Shown here piece after piece: positions 11,892 through 26,530 of a DNA stretch of 64,000 bases. The notes below the pieces were generated by a model that saw only the letters and a list, made by a program, of their open reading frames with translations, made no database searches and was not told the DNA's origin. A program made the position numbers and the translations under genes. The stretch spans positions 53,010,001 to 53,074,000 of the forward strand of contig OZ024741.1 in the NCBI GenBank assembly GCA_964016885.1, given 5' to 3'. This DNA is from Eledone cirrhosa. Lineage: Eukaryota. Positions within the stretch are counted from its first letter, which is position 1; each line of letters begins with the position of its first letter.

Positions 11892-12082
11892 ATAATTGTT
11901 TCTACTTTTGGCACAAGGCCAGCAATTACCCAGTGCATTACTGGTACTTTATTTTATCGACCCCGTAAGGATGAAAGGCAAAGTTAACCTCGGCGGGATT
12001 TGAACTCAGAATGGCAAGGGCCGTAACTCTATGCGTCAAAGCATAGCGTCCGACCCTCTACGATACTGCCAATCCACCTCCC
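11892..12082 (-). mobile_element. tRNA-derived SINE (family 1) in (TAA)n
   Basis: Same A/B boxes and core as 4721-4909; flanked by AATAAT repeats. Confidence 0.88.
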
Positions 12083-12098
12083 TAATAATAATAATAAT

Positions 12099-12141
<43 letters not shown>

Positions 12142-12144
12142 TAT

Positions 12145-12177
<33 letters not shown>

Positions 12178-12181
12178 CAGA

Positions 12182-12454
12182 AATCTAATTTACTGCATTA
12201 AATGCCCGAATTGTGAACAACTATATGTCGGTCAAACTGGAAATGCACTATCGGACCGTGCACGGGTAGACCGACAGTAAATCAGAGACCCAAATGTCCG
12301 TCAGATACCCCTAAGTAACCATCTAGCAACATGTGGTCAGTGAATATTTATAATATTCCCATTCTACAAATTACACAGCCCAAGTGAAATCAAGAGAAAA
12401 ATCAAAGAAAAGAATGTTATTGATAAATTCAAACCCAAGCTAAATGAGCAATAA
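12182..12454 (+). pseudogene. PLE GIY-YIG endonuclease C-terminal fragment (Neptune/Poseidon-type), two in-frame stops
   Basis: Translates NLIYCIKCPNCEQLYVGQTG...R...NHL...KEKNVIDKFKPKLN*; not in the ORF track because of the stops. Confidence 0.8.
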
Positions 12455-12959
12455 TAACGGGTATTAATCCTACTATAACTATGACCACGACCACTAACAA
12501 CAACAACAACAACAATAATAATAATAAAAGTGATGTTGATGGTGATGATTACTAGAAAATGCTATTTTCATCATTTCTAAAAATAGCAAAACAATTGATG
12601 CTTTGGATAGGGTACAATTAGTAATCGTTAGACATGCTCAACCAACCGTGATGCCTAAACTAGTCAGCTTTAGTAATCCAGTGAAACTCACACCGATTGG
12701 TCGAAATACAGTTTGCAAGATTTAGCATCCTGAAGCACTTTTCACTGTATATAAGGCACAAAATTTACCCATCTCATTACAGTTGAAAATTGCAAACTTG
12801 ACTGTCACCACAGATTGCGAAAGCATGAAAGTACTTGTTCAATTAACACTTAACATTTAATATTCTACCATACTATTTCATTCTAATACCATTATAAATT
12901 TTAAATGATTGTAAATAAAACGAGTAAATCAGACAAAGTTGGAATTCCTTTTATTAATA

Positions 12960-13579
<620 letters not shown>

Positions 13580-13594
13580 TATATATATATACAT

Positions 13595-13671
<77 letters not shown>

Positions 13672-13741
13672 CATATATATATATATATATACATACATTT
13701 ATATATATATATATATATATATAATAGATATATATATATAT

Positions 13742-13815
<74 letters not shown>

Positions 13816-13823
13816 ATATATAT

Positions 13824-13950
13824 GACGACAAGCTTTAGTTTCCGCGCACCGAATACTACTCACAAGCATTAGTCAAACTGAGCCGAGATTATATTAGAGT
13901 ACACTTCTCCAAGGTACCGGACAGCGCGATTGAACCCAGAACACTGTAAC
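13824..13950 (-). mobile_element. tRNA-derived SINE (family 2) fragment
   Basis: Minus strand GGTTCAATC..ACCTTGGAGAAGTG..TGCTTGTGAGT..CGGAAACT ending in (TA)n. Confidence 0.55.
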
Positions 13951-14143
13951 CACACACATACAATTGGTGGAGGACTTCGGCACAGTTTCCGTCTGCTATA
14001 TTTCCTATTCAGTATGGTTTGGTTTGGTGAAATGATTACAGTAATTTTGATATTTTTGATAATGGACATCATAGTAATAAGATTATTGCTCCGTGCTGCT
14101 GCTGCTGTTGCCGTTGTTGCTGCTGCTGATAAGAATATGCTTG

Positions 14144-14174
<31 letters not shown>

Positions 14175-14302
14175 CACTACCACTACCACCTCCACTAATG
14201 GCCGCACTTCATATTACTATGTGGGCGATGAATGAGACATAATTTGCAAACTTTTAATGCCAGATTCGAAATAATCAAAGACACGGAATTACAAGAATAT
14301 CA

Positions 14303-14387
<85 letters not shown>

Positions 14388-14569
14388 ACACGCACACACA
14401 TACACACACATACACACACATACACACAGAGGTGCACTCACACATTTACAAACACACAAACGCATGAGCGCATACATACACACAAACACACTCATATTTG
14501 TACGTGTACAAATAAATGCCCCACATATACATGAGAATACATATGAAAGGACAAACTTGTATGCGCGCG

Positions 14570-14606
<37 letters not shown>

Positions 14607-14777
14607 CTGTGTCTTTATGTATCAGTGTGTGTGTGCGTGCGTGTATTGTATGTGTGTGTGTATGCATGTGTCTTTATGTATCAGTGCGTGCGTGCGTGTA
14701 TTGTGTGTGTGTGGGGGAAGTTGCCGAGGAACGTAATCAATATTAATTTATCTCAACCTCTAATGTTAAAGTTACTA

Positions 14778-14925
<148 letters not shown>

Positions 14926-15759
14926 TTTGTCTGTGTCTGTGAGTGTGTGTCTATGTGTATGTACTGTATAGATACACCAACATATACGGATAACACATAT
15001 TTATATATTCAAATGTGTATGTATGTATATATATATATATATACACATTCATATTACATGGATGCACCCACATACTCAGGCAGCATCCATATTTATATAT
15101 TTACATATGTATGTATTCGATATATATATATACATATATACGCTTTTGTATGCGCATATATACACCCGTTCACACAAACATACACACAACCAGACACACA
15201 CACTCACACACACACACACACACACATAAACACACACACATGTGTGTGTTTATGTGTATTTCAAATATGGATATATATACTTCCCCACTGTGTTGACATT
15301 TAACGTTTACGTTTAGAAGTCTAATCGTTAATCAATGTACTCTTTGCAACAATCTGAGTTATCTACTGATCCGACTATCTACGTCTGTCTACCTCTCTCT
15401 CTCTCTCTCTCTCTCTCTGTCTTTCTGTCTGTATGTTTGTATGTATGTCTGTATGTTTGTTTGTTTGTATGTATGTTGGAATGTATGTATGTTTGTATGT
15501 ATGTTAGTCTGTATGTATGTGTGTATGTTGGTCTGTATGTATGTATGTATGTATGTATGTATGTATGTATGTATGTATGTATGTATGTATGTATGCATGC
15601 ATGTATGTATGTATGTATGTATGTATGTTTGTTTGTATGTATGTTCGTATGTATGTATGTTTGTATGTATGTTGGTCTGTATGTATGTGTGCATGTTTGT
15701 ATGTATGTATGTATGTATGTATGTATGTATGTATGTATGTATGTATGTATGTATCTTTG

Positions 15760-16330
15760 TCTGATCGTAATAAATGGAGAAAGACTGTATATGAGGGGAA
15801 AGTTGCCTTTGAGGCATCTCGAATCGCACACGAGAAAGTAAAGCGGGATGTGAGGAAGGGCATTGCTGTGGCACTTACAGACGGCGAGGGTCCTCCTATG
15901 GTGCTGACATGCAGCGTCTGTGCGAGACTCTGCCTAAGCAAAGCTGGACTCGAAAGTCATCTTCGCAGTCATAAAGTAAGACCAGTGGTTGACTACCAGG
16001 CTGCTGTTGGAGATGCTACTCATCATGCTTGCCAAACATGTGGTAGATAATGTAAATCAGCAGGAGGGCTCAAGCGACGTGCAAAAGTACACGAACTCCA
16101 ACCACAGCCGACTATTCCCAGTGAATGTTTTGGTTGCCGACTCTGTGCAAGACATTTTAGATCATTGGCTGGGCTAAAAAGCCACATTCGATCGCGTCAC
16201 TGTTAGTTGCTATCGTGTGTGTGTATGTGTGTGTGTAGATATGCTTATGTGCGTGCGTGTGTTTGTATATATATATGAATATGTATATTATTATTGTTGT
16301 TGTCGTTATTATTGTTATTATTATTATTGC

Positions 16331-16361
<31 letters not shown>

Positions 16362-16433
16362 GTTATTAATGTATGTGTGTGTATATGTGTGTGTGTATGT
16401 GTATGTATGTGTGTATGTATATATGTATGTATG

Positions 16434-16464
<31 letters not shown>

Positions 16465-16622
16465 TTCTTTTTTTATTTTTTTTATTTATTTATTTATTAT
16501 TATTATTATTATTATTTTTATTTTATTTTATTCTATTTTATTTTATTTTATTTATTTTTTTTTTTTTTTAATTTTATTCCCGTGCAATGGCCATACTCGA
16601 TAACGAGGGGGCAGCCATCATC
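15760..16622 (+). mobile_element. RTE LINE 3' fragment (C2H2 fingers, microsatellite-rich 3'UTR)
   Basis: Near-identical to 32655-33435; DRNKWRK and CSVCARLCLSKAGLESHLRSH; flanked by (TATG)n. Confidence 0.88.
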
Positions 16623-16766
16623 ATGTATGTATGTTTGTTTGTATGTATGTTGGTATGTATGTATGTTTGTTTGTATGTTGGTCTGTATGTATGTGTGTAT
16701 GTATGTATGTATGTATGTATGTATGTATGTATGTATGTATGTATGTATGTATGTATGTATGTATGC

Positions 16767-17219
16767 AGGGCAAAGGAGCTCTTAAGAGTCAATGGCCATC
16801 CAAAATCACCGGGAGAGATGACCCCTTAGCCTTTGTCAAGGTAGAATTCTAGGAGAAGGAAAACTCTGATATAACACCTGCAACTCTGATGGTATCCAAT
16901 GATGTTGACTTGTTCTTCTTTTTGGTAAATATCATCTTGGTTAAGAGAGTGGGACTTGCTTTGTGCAGTGCCTTTGCTCACTATAAACGCTTCACAGCAC
17001 AGGCATTGCTTTATATCTGGAGATCTCTCTGCACTTGTCATTACATGGTACCATGGGCCCAGCACTATGTGTCAATAATTGTCACAAGTGTAGTGTTTGT
17101 ACCAGAGTGTTCAAGTCGCTGGCTGGACTAAAATGTCACACTCGTTCAGCGCATCGGTAGGGGTTCTCCTACATGGATATAAAGTAGTGGTCGTACTCGA
17201 AAACGAGTTGGCAGCCACC
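16767..17219 (+). mobile_element. RTE-derived bipartite element, 5'-truncated
   Basis: Near-identical to 2664-3116. Confidence 0.85.
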
Positions 17220-17556
17220 ATATATTTGTATGTATGTTGGTCTGTATGTCTGTATGTATGTTTGTATGTATGCATGTATGTATAAATGCATACATACAAA
17301 CATACATACAGACATACATATATACATACAGACATACAAATATACATATATACATACATACATACAGATAATTAGACAGACAGAAAGACAGACAGAGACA
17401 GACATACATACATACTAACATACATACATACACACATACATACATACATACATTCATACATACATATAAACATACAAACATACATACATACTTACAAACA
17501 TACATACAAACATACATACATACCAACATACATACAAACAAACATACATACATACA

Positions 17557-17587
<31 letters not shown>

Positions 17588-17776
17588 GTATGTATGTATG
17601 GAAGACTGTATGTATGTATGTATGTATGTATGTTTGTATGTCTGTATTTATGTATGTATGTATTTATGTATGTATGTATGTATGTATGTAATTATGTATG
17701 TATGTATGTATGTATGTATGTATGTATATCTGTCTGTATGTATGTATGTATGTATGTATGTATGTATGTATGTATG

Positions 17777-20700
17777 TTCTTCTGGTTTTATAATTTCACA
17801 AAGTTTTACCAATAGAGAGAGAGTCGGTTTCTAACGTAGACACAAGACCCTCTAATTGGAATTTACACAACATCAACTAGGTAGATATGTATGTATGTAT
17901 GCATGTGTAGATATGGATGTTATTGTATGTGTGGATGTGGATGTTTTGAGTTGTATGTGTGCATGTGTATATGCTTTGTATCTGTACATGAGTATATGCA
18001 GTTATTAGATGCAACATTTTTGGAATGTTTTACATATTTTTACTGTTCCATTAATGGATTGTACTTGTAATTTCCTTAATAGTTGTGTTCTTCTGTTCCT
18101 GTGAAGCCTAGCTTCTCAAGATTTGTATTGAGGCAGTTGCTATCATACCCCAGTGCCCCAATAATCACAGGCATAAATCTGAAGGTGTAATCAGGGTGGA
18201 GTAGAGTATCTGCAGATTTCTCATCAGTTCTGCATAAATATTCTACTTTTCGCTAATGTTTGATATTATATTGGCATCTGCTGGGCAGCTAATTTCCACT
18301 ACTGGGCATGCTTTCTTCTTCCTGTCCCATATCATAATATCTTATCTGTTATGCCTGCACTTTATTGGGGTTTTTACTGGAACATTTCACTAGTACTCTC
18401 TCATATTATGTATACGGATGTCTTCCACATTGCTGTAGCTTTTAATGTGTTTATTATCGGGACTATCTTTTTTACGAACTGCATTGTACTGTGTTTTGGC
18501 TCTACATCATGCCTCATAGGTAGATAGTATTGCGATGACATCTTTGGACAGCTGCTGATGACATGGGTGATATCTTCGATGTTAGTTCTGCAGAGTCTGC
18601 ACCTTGTATTACATTTAGGTGTTTTGCCTGCATCCCTATCTCTTTTGTGAATCAGGTATTTCGTGCTAATCTCCTGTTCCTGGATTGCAAAAGCATATCC
18701 TTCAAAGTGGGAGCCAATATAGCGGTTGTTGGTCCAAGATAGACTACTTTCCTTATCTATATTACTCTCACTCTGGAGCTTCCTGGCAACATATCCATGC
18801 ATGATTTTTTTCTGATAGGCATGCAGTTTTTCATCCATGATATTCACTGCGATACTGCTGAGCGACATCCCTGGGTGTGAGTTTTTGATTATCACACAGG
18901 GAATATCTCTCAAGGAGTTCCTTCCTAGCTATCATGATCTTATCTGTTTCATGCAGATAGACTTGCTCGAGAAATGCTTCGAGGTTCGTAGATGTTGTTG
19001 GAGAGATATGATGCGACATTCAAATGTTGTCTGGACTGATGTTAGGCCTCTGCCTCCCTGCTTACGTTTCAAGTAAAGGCGGTCTATGTCACTGTTGATG
19101 TGGAAGTTTCCAGTGTTGTTCAGTATTTTTCGAGTTCCAACATCAACTGCTCGGATTTCGTCTATCTTCCAATTGTGTATTCCAAACGTTGGTGTTAGGA
19201 CAGGCACAGCAAACAAATTGTGAGCCACTGTTTTGTTTTGCGCAGAGTGTTCTGATGACCAGATCTTTCTTAATCGGGTGTAGTATGCCCTGGTTACGCG
19301 TTCTTTATTACAGATACCATTATAGGATATGTTTTCATCTATCCCCAGGTATCTGTAGCAGTCCTCATCAGATGTCGGTGAAACAGTTAGGCCATTGATG
19401 ACAATGTTGCTAGATTGGGTTGTTGTTTTTCCCCGCTTTACAGTCGTGTATGAGCATTTATCTTGGCCAAACTCCATTCCTATATCCTCTGAGAACGTTG
19501 TAACCAGGTCAAGATTTTTCTTCATTCCATCTATGTTATTGGCATAGAGTTTCACATCGTCCAATAAGAAATTATGGGTAGGGTTCGTATTTCTGTCCTC
19601 CTGTGAGCCAATGATATATCCCTCTCATTTCTTGATCAGAAAGGACAAGGGGTTTAATGACAAGATGAATAATATCATAGAGAGACTGTCTCCCTGAAAT
19701 ATTCCCCCGCAATATTTTATTTTATCAATGAAAATAGAGTCCTCCCTCTCTGTCTTTAACCTTATGATAGTAGCCCAAGAAGAAGACAGCCTCTCTATGG
19801 CTCTGACAATAATGTCTGGGAATTTAGCAGGTTGGAGGGCCTCTATCATCCAAGAGTGGGGAACAGAATCGAATGCTTTCCTGTAGTCCAGCCAGACTGT
19901 AGTCATATTCCTCCTAAGTTGTCGCACCTCCGACATCGCAGTTTTGTTGATTAGGAGTTGTTCAGCACATCCCAAACCCCTATCTTTTCAGCTGCTTGTT
20001 TCATCTTTGATGATGTTATTATTTTCACAGTGATCTTGGAGGAATAGGTTGAGGCGAGCTGCATACATCTTATACATCAGGTTCTGACATGCAATGGGTC
20101 GGTAGTTTTTTGCCAAGTGGGTGTCTTTGTTCTTGGGAACCAGTAATGTTTGTGTTAATGTCAACCATTCTGGTATAAGTGTATCTCCCTTAAGAACTTG
20201 TTGGTAGAGGTCAGTAAGATACCTCCGATAGAATATCATGTCTCTTTCTGGTGTTTTCTTATCTTGGAGTTTTCCTATCACAGTCTCAAGGGTACCCTCA
20301 CTTATTTCGTATGTTTTTGTTGTAGTGTAGGAGCAATAGTTCTTTTGGATTTCTCTTAGCCACACTGCATCTTGGTTGCAATTCTTCTTTTCACCCCATA
20401 TTTTTCTCCAAAAGGAATCTATGTCTTTCTGGGATGGGGCCTCAGCGACACTTATTATTTTGCCCTTCATATCTCTATAGACTGATGTTTGGTTTCGTCT
20501 GAATCTTTTATTAAGCACTTTTATCTCATCTACCTTCTTCAGGTATCAGCGTTTTTCGCTAACAGCTCTCAATTCTTGTTTGAAGGTGATCAGCTTATAT
20601 TGGAGAGTTCTGGTTCTACTGTTACCAAACATCGTCTCTATTTTATTTTTCACTCTTTGTTGGTGAGGAGTAAGGTTTTTATTTGTGTTTGTTTGCATGG

Positions 20701-21853
20701 AAGGAGCATGTCACATATCCTATGTTTTTTCGTAGGTCAGCAATCTTTTTTTCTATTTTAGTTATATATGATGGTATTTTTGGTGGTGTTTTGTTCTTGT
20801 TAATATCTCTGCTATCAGCAAGATAATGCTTCACTGTCATTGCTAAGGCATATAAACAGGCGTTGATTTGCCAAAATGTTGGGGTTTTTATCCGTCGTAA
20901 ATATTCATCCCCTATTTCGTCAATAACACATAGTATTTCATTACTTGTTTTTTTTATTCAACATTGTCGTTTTAACACGTTCAGCAAGAGAGATATTTAT
21001 CCATGAGTTAATTTCTCTCTGGAAGATTTGGTTGAGGAACATTTTCAATTGTTTATACTTTTGATTATCATTATCGATAGTATTTTCCATAACAGTCGAG
21101 GTAGACTAGGATGGTACACGCGGTGTCACATTTATTCGATTATTATTATTAACGATAGTGTTTTCCACAGCATTCGAGGTAGACTTAGATGGTACATGGG
21201 TGTCAAGTTTCTTACAGGCTTAACTGTTTCAAGGCGCTGTTCGACCTGGCTGCTAGGAAGTCTAGTAGCATGGCGACCTGTTTTTAACATGTTGATAACC
21301 TGTTTGTTGTTGGGGACTTACAATTAATAATATTTATCTTATTTTTACGTTCAACAAATGTCGCTTATTGGCGTAATTGTTTAGCTGTGAAATAATTTAG
21401 CTCTGTGAGCATTTCGTCCCAGTGTAGCTTCATTCTATTCATATAGCCAATGGAGGGATTGTTTTTTGCCATTTTATAACAATTAAATAAATCATTATTA
21501 AGTTCGCAACTCCAAGAGAAATGCGATTTATAATTTCGGTTTCTTCTGTAGCTACAACTGAATAAAGTTTGATTACCTTCCTTGTTATTTGTCTTCGGTA
21601 CTTCCTTAATTTTTTTGTTGATGTTGTGTTCAGCCATGCTGTTTGTAGCAAATCCTTGTAAAATGAATTATGTATTTAGTCGGATATCTCTACGAATTCG
21701 AATAAAAGGTGTCTTCAGAAGGGATAGTTAGAAGAATAACCAGTTATTCAACCTGACAGTAGTTGTGGCATTACTGTCGGAGATAGTATTCATCTTAATT
21801 TTAATAAATAGTCTCCCACGCCAAAATATGAGACTGATCGCGTTGACTGTCTA
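17777..21853 (-). mobile_element. Near full-length, frameshifted R4/Dong-like RLE LINE
   Basis: Pieces in order: IGYMNRM N-terminal domain, FWRKIW, YRPIAC, WLDYRKAFDSVPH, IFQGDSLS, DDVKLYA, YRYLG, GGRGL, CRLC..HVISSC..RHD. Both ends lie in (TATG)n. Confidence 0.88.
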
Positions 21854-21902
21854 GTATGTATGTATGTATCTATGTATGTATGTATGTATGTATGTATGTA
21901 TG

Positions 21903-22207
21903 TTCTTCTGGTTTTATAATTTCACAAAGTTTTACCAATAGAGAGAGAGTCGGTTTCTAACATAGACACAATACTCTCTCATTGGAATTTACACAACATC
22001 AACTAGGTAGATATGTCTGCATGCATGTGTATGTATGGATGTTATTGAATGTGTGTATGTGTATGTTTTGAGTTGTATGTGTGCATGTGTATATTATTTT
22101 TATCTGTACATGTGTATATGCAGTTATTAGATGCACAATTTTTGGAATGTTTTACATATTTTTACTGTTCCATTAATGGATTGTACTTGTAATTTCCTAA
22201 CTAGTTG
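21903..22207 (-). mobile_element. R4/Dong-like LINE 3' fragment
   Basis: Same 3' end as 17777 (plus strand TTCTTCTGGTTTTATAATTTCAC); flanked by (TATG)n. Confidence 0.85.
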
Positions 22208-22319
22208 TTGTATGTATGTATGTATGTATGTATGTATGAATGTCTGTCTGTCTGTATGTATATATGTATGTTTTTATATAAATATGTATGTATTTATGTT
22301 CGCATATTTGCATGTATAT

Positions 22320-22625
22320 ATGAGCCAGAGACCTCTAGTTCTTGTTAGGATATCATTCTAGAAGAAGGAAAACTATTGATGTAAAACCTGTAATTCGGTG
22401 GCAGCCGATGATGTGGACCTGTTCTCCTTTTTGGATAACCATCACCGTTGTTCAGGGTGTGGGATAGGTCCAGTGCAAGGTCTTAAAAAAAAAGCTTCAA
22501 GCGCTGGCAACAAATGATGTAAATGACTTTCACCTTCCCTGCAGCATATGCAGAAGGGAAGCAATGTGCTTGGTAGGGATAAAAGGTCATATTCGTCCTA
22601 TCCATGTATGAGAAAAAGGTCAAGG
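22320..22625 (+). mobile_element. Old RTE-derived bipartite element
   Basis: TTCTAGAAGAAGGAAAACTATTGATGTAAAACCTG and a C2H2 remnant; diverged relative of 2508-3116. Confidence 0.55.
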
Positions 22626-22809
22626 GATGGCAATTCTCGAACCAGAACTACATCCATTATGTAGGTATATATGAATGTATGTATGTATATCTGTTTGTGT
22701 GCCAGGCTGTCTATACTTTTGTTTGTCCATCTTGCTCATCTCTATATGTGTGTATTTGTCTGTATGCATGTGTGTCTGCCTATCGGTATATCTATTTGTA
22801 CCGTTATCT

Positions 22810-22863
<54 letters not shown>

Positions 22864-22867
<4 letters not shown>

Positions 22868-23029
22868 AGTGAGGACCCAACGGCTGAACTCCGGCCATTT
22901 CGACAGCTAGATCCGGTCGGATCTAGCTGTCTGGGTCCTGACTCTTTTTCTATTAGCCACTCTACTACCCAAAGTATCGAGTATTCTCGTGCGTTATGGC
23001 CCACCTGGTATACTACCACACCTTCTTTG

Positions 23030-23030
<1 letters not shown>
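22864..23030 (+). mobile_element. Short fold-back element in (TA)n, same family as 52256-52424
   Basis: Central hairpin GACAGCTAGATCCG-GT-CGGATCTAGCTGTC; shared 3' end AAGTATCGAGTA..GTTATGGC.CACCTGGTAT..TACCACACC. Confidence 0.7.
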
Positions 23031-23098
<68 letters not shown>

Positions 23099-23450
23099 AC
23101 GGATAGAGAGTAAGAGAATGGAAGTGAGAAAGGGATATTGAGGAAGAATCGACCCCAGTACTTGACTGGTAATTTTTATCGACCTCGAAAGCATGAAAGA
23201 CAAAGTTGAACTCGGCGGGATTTGAGCGCAGAGAGTAGAAAGCATATAGTATCTTTCATCAAATGGAAGATACTATATGGCGTTTGATGGTCTAGATATA
23301 TTGCGCAAGACTGAAAAAGGAACACCGAGAATAATTAGCGTTGACCCTTGTCTCAACGTATCGGATATTAGCTCTTTATTAGGAAAGAGGAGTAAAGTGA
23401 GGGGAAGGAGGTTGGAAGGTTGAATAATATGGATAATATAATATAGATTA

Positions 23451-23530
<80 letters not shown>

Positions 23531-23583
23531 GCGTGTGTGTTTGTGTGAAGTAGAGATAAAGATGTTCGTCACATTAGTAGATA

Positions 23584-23762
23584 AACTTAAGAAAATTAAC
23601 AAAGAAAATACAAGACAATGAACGGAAACAAAACAAAACAAAAAACAATTTTAAAAGGTGAAGCCTTAAAAAATTATTAGGTTTCCCCTTTAAAAATTGT
23701 TTTTCGTTTCGTTTTGTTTCCGTTCGTTGTCCTGTATTTTCTTTGTTAATTTTCTTAAGTTA
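23584..23762. repeat. ~180-bp imperfect palindrome abutting (TA)n
   Basis: AACTTAAGAAAATTAACAAAGAAAATACA... versus ...TGTATTTTCTTTGTTAATTTTCTTAAGTT. Confidence 0.85.
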
Positions 23763-24264
23763 TATATATATATATATATATATATTTCTGTTTGGAAGTT
23801 TCTTTGCTTTTATGTCCTGTCTTTGTGTCTGCTTATCTTTAATAATAATGATAATTATAATGATTGAAATCTATCAGCACCGGCTCTAATATCATTCCAC
23901 CATCACCATAACTCCACTATCGCTGCCGTCACTACTCCAGCACACAAAAAATTATAAAATCACGTGAAGAAATTCTCGCTACTACTACTAGGGATATTTA
24001 GTCGAGTAACAACAGCAACAATAAATACTAAAATTCAATAACCCCCTCTACTACTACAAGAAAAAGAAAACATTAAGAACAAAAACAACATGAAATATCA
24101 CGACAGTAATAACAATAGACTGCAACAGCAACATTGAGTGAAATGAAAAACAATTGAATAGAAATAACGACATGAATGACGCTTTAGGCAGTAATACTGA
24201 AGGTTTCACACGATTGTTTTGCCCGTAGGTGAGCTGCATATGTTCGGTCGCCTTCTATCTACTG

Positions 24265-26530
24265 ACAGAACAAAATGGTTGAAGAAGCTGAATATAGCTG
24301 TAATGGTGTGCTATTTTTTTGCGTAGGTCTATCATTAATGAGAGAAAGCCAGTAGAAGGTTACAGAAAACGAATGCTTATCATTTGGAAGGAAAGACAAG
24401 AGTTGAATGTGACCGAACAAAGACTATGTGACCAAACGCAGATGGCTAACGAAGATCACGTTGGAAGAAATAAGAAGGAGAGATATATCGGTAGAGGTCA
24501 CAACTGAGAACGACAATCAGGAAACTAGTGAAATCGTAACGAATGCGTGAACGAGAAGAAACTTGAAAGAGGGTCGATGATTAGTATCATTAAGAATGAA
24601 AGGAATGAAAAGGAGGGGATAAAGATAAGAAGAAGACTAATGAGATCATGGAAATAATGAAAGAGGGTTCTCTGAAGCAACTACAGGGATTGGAGACGGC
24701 GAATAGAACATCTCTGAATGAATGGACAAAAATGGTAATCGAGGTACTGAATGACATTAGAACTGACGATATATCTGATACAAATAGATTTAATGGTTCT
24801 ATGGCTTTCTTTGTGGCAAGGCAAATGGGATTTGTAAATCTATCGAATCGGAAAAAAGGGAAGGAACCATGGTGGAAGGAAAGAATTAGAGAATCAATTA
24901 ACGAATTAAGAAAGGCTATTGAAACATAAGAATCGAAAGGAAATAAAGAAGATTAAACATCTTGGGATAGAAAAGAAATATAATATACAAAAGAAAGGTA
25001 TAAATGATGTTATTGAGGAGTTGATACAAAGGGTGCAGGACAAGGCGTCCAAACCGAGAACAACTCAACAATACAGAATCAATAGAATGTTCATGTGTGA
25101 TCAGAAAATAGTGCACCAATAACCCTAGGGTAAAAGTAAGAAAGAAAGTGTGTCTCGGATTCAGAAGAAAACTAAAGGTTTAGGTCAAATGAATGACATG
25201 TTAAACAATCATGCCGAGATACCTATATGGACTGTGCTCTGTCGGAAGGAACCTGCTAAAGGCAATGTAGTAGCTAATTTTAGACCCCTATCCTGCTTGC
25301 CACTGGAGACTTATGACTGGAATCATCTCTGAAACCGTGTATCAATTCGTTGAGGAGAATGAAAACCGGAAGAGCTAAAAGAGTGAAAAAAGAACAGTAT
25401 AGGTACAAAACATCAATTGCTGATTGATAAAATAATCCTTGAAGATAGTAAAAAGTGGCACAAGAACTTAGCCATGATGTAGGTGGACTATAATAAAGCT
25501 ACGACATGGTCCCCCACAGTTGGATATTAGAGTGTCTGAACATTTTTCACGTGCCAGATATAATTAGGTTTATAGAAAGATCGATGGTCAGTCGGAAAAC
25601 AAAATTAATTTCCTGTGGGGAACAGTTTGGCTCTGTTAACTAACAAAGGTGTATATTCTAGTGAGACGTTTCATCTCTATTCTCATTTGTCATCTGCCTG
25701 ACCCCGCTGGTCGAAGTCCTTAGAAAATTGAAAATGGGATAAGTGGTAGATATAATAGCTATCTGTTATACATGGATCTTTTAAAGTTATTTGCGAAAAA
25801 AGAGGACGGAATTGACAGCGTAAAATCTACTGTAGACCCGATTAGTCATCATATTGGGATGGAGTTTGGGATAGAGAAATGTGGAGTTGTAACCCTGAAA
25901 CATGGAAAACTAACTAAGGGTAGGGGGATTGAGCTTGCAAATGGCCAGACTTTTAAAGAAGTGGGAGAGAAAGGATACAAATATTTGGTTGTCTTTGAGT
26001 TGGATAAGATCAAAGAGAAAGAAATGAAGATGTTAAAAAATACATCAGGTGGGTGAGACTTATAATGTTGACTAAATAGAATGGAAGGAATAAGATGAAG
26101 GCAACGAAAACATGGGCTATGTCTCTCATGCGCTACAGAGCAGGAGTTATTAAATAGAGGAAAAATGAATTGGAAAGTATTGATAAGAAAACAAGGGAAT
26201 TGGGGACAGTTCATAAAGAACTGCACCTAAAGAGTGATGTTACAAGACTTTATGTTGAAAGAAAGGAAGTAGTGTACTAAGTTGTGAAGATTGTGTCAAA
26301 AGTTAAACAAAAAAACCCAACCTAATTTGTATGGGGTAACATCATGCAAAATGTAAGATTCTTCGACACATTGAAATCTAATGATGCAGTAGCACCTAAT
26401 GTATGTAAGAAGAGGGTGAAAAAGATATTGAAAAGGAATGGAAGGATTAGCTTATGTAAAGAGAGTACACTAGAGATAAAGTAAGCATTGATTGGAAAAA
26501 GAGCTGGTGTGGCTTAAAAATGAAAGGGTA
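24265..26530 (+). mobile_element. Old degenerate R4-like RLE LINE (different subfamily)
   Basis: GYRKRM..W..TEQRLCDQ, EPWWK, FRPLSCL, MDLLKLFA, FGIEKC and YKYL, with many stops. Confidence 0.8.

Noticed and set aside
12665-12715. Possible hammerhead remnant downstream of the GIY-YIG fragment (CCAGT..ATTGGTC-GAAA)
   Set aside because: No recognisable CUGANGA half.
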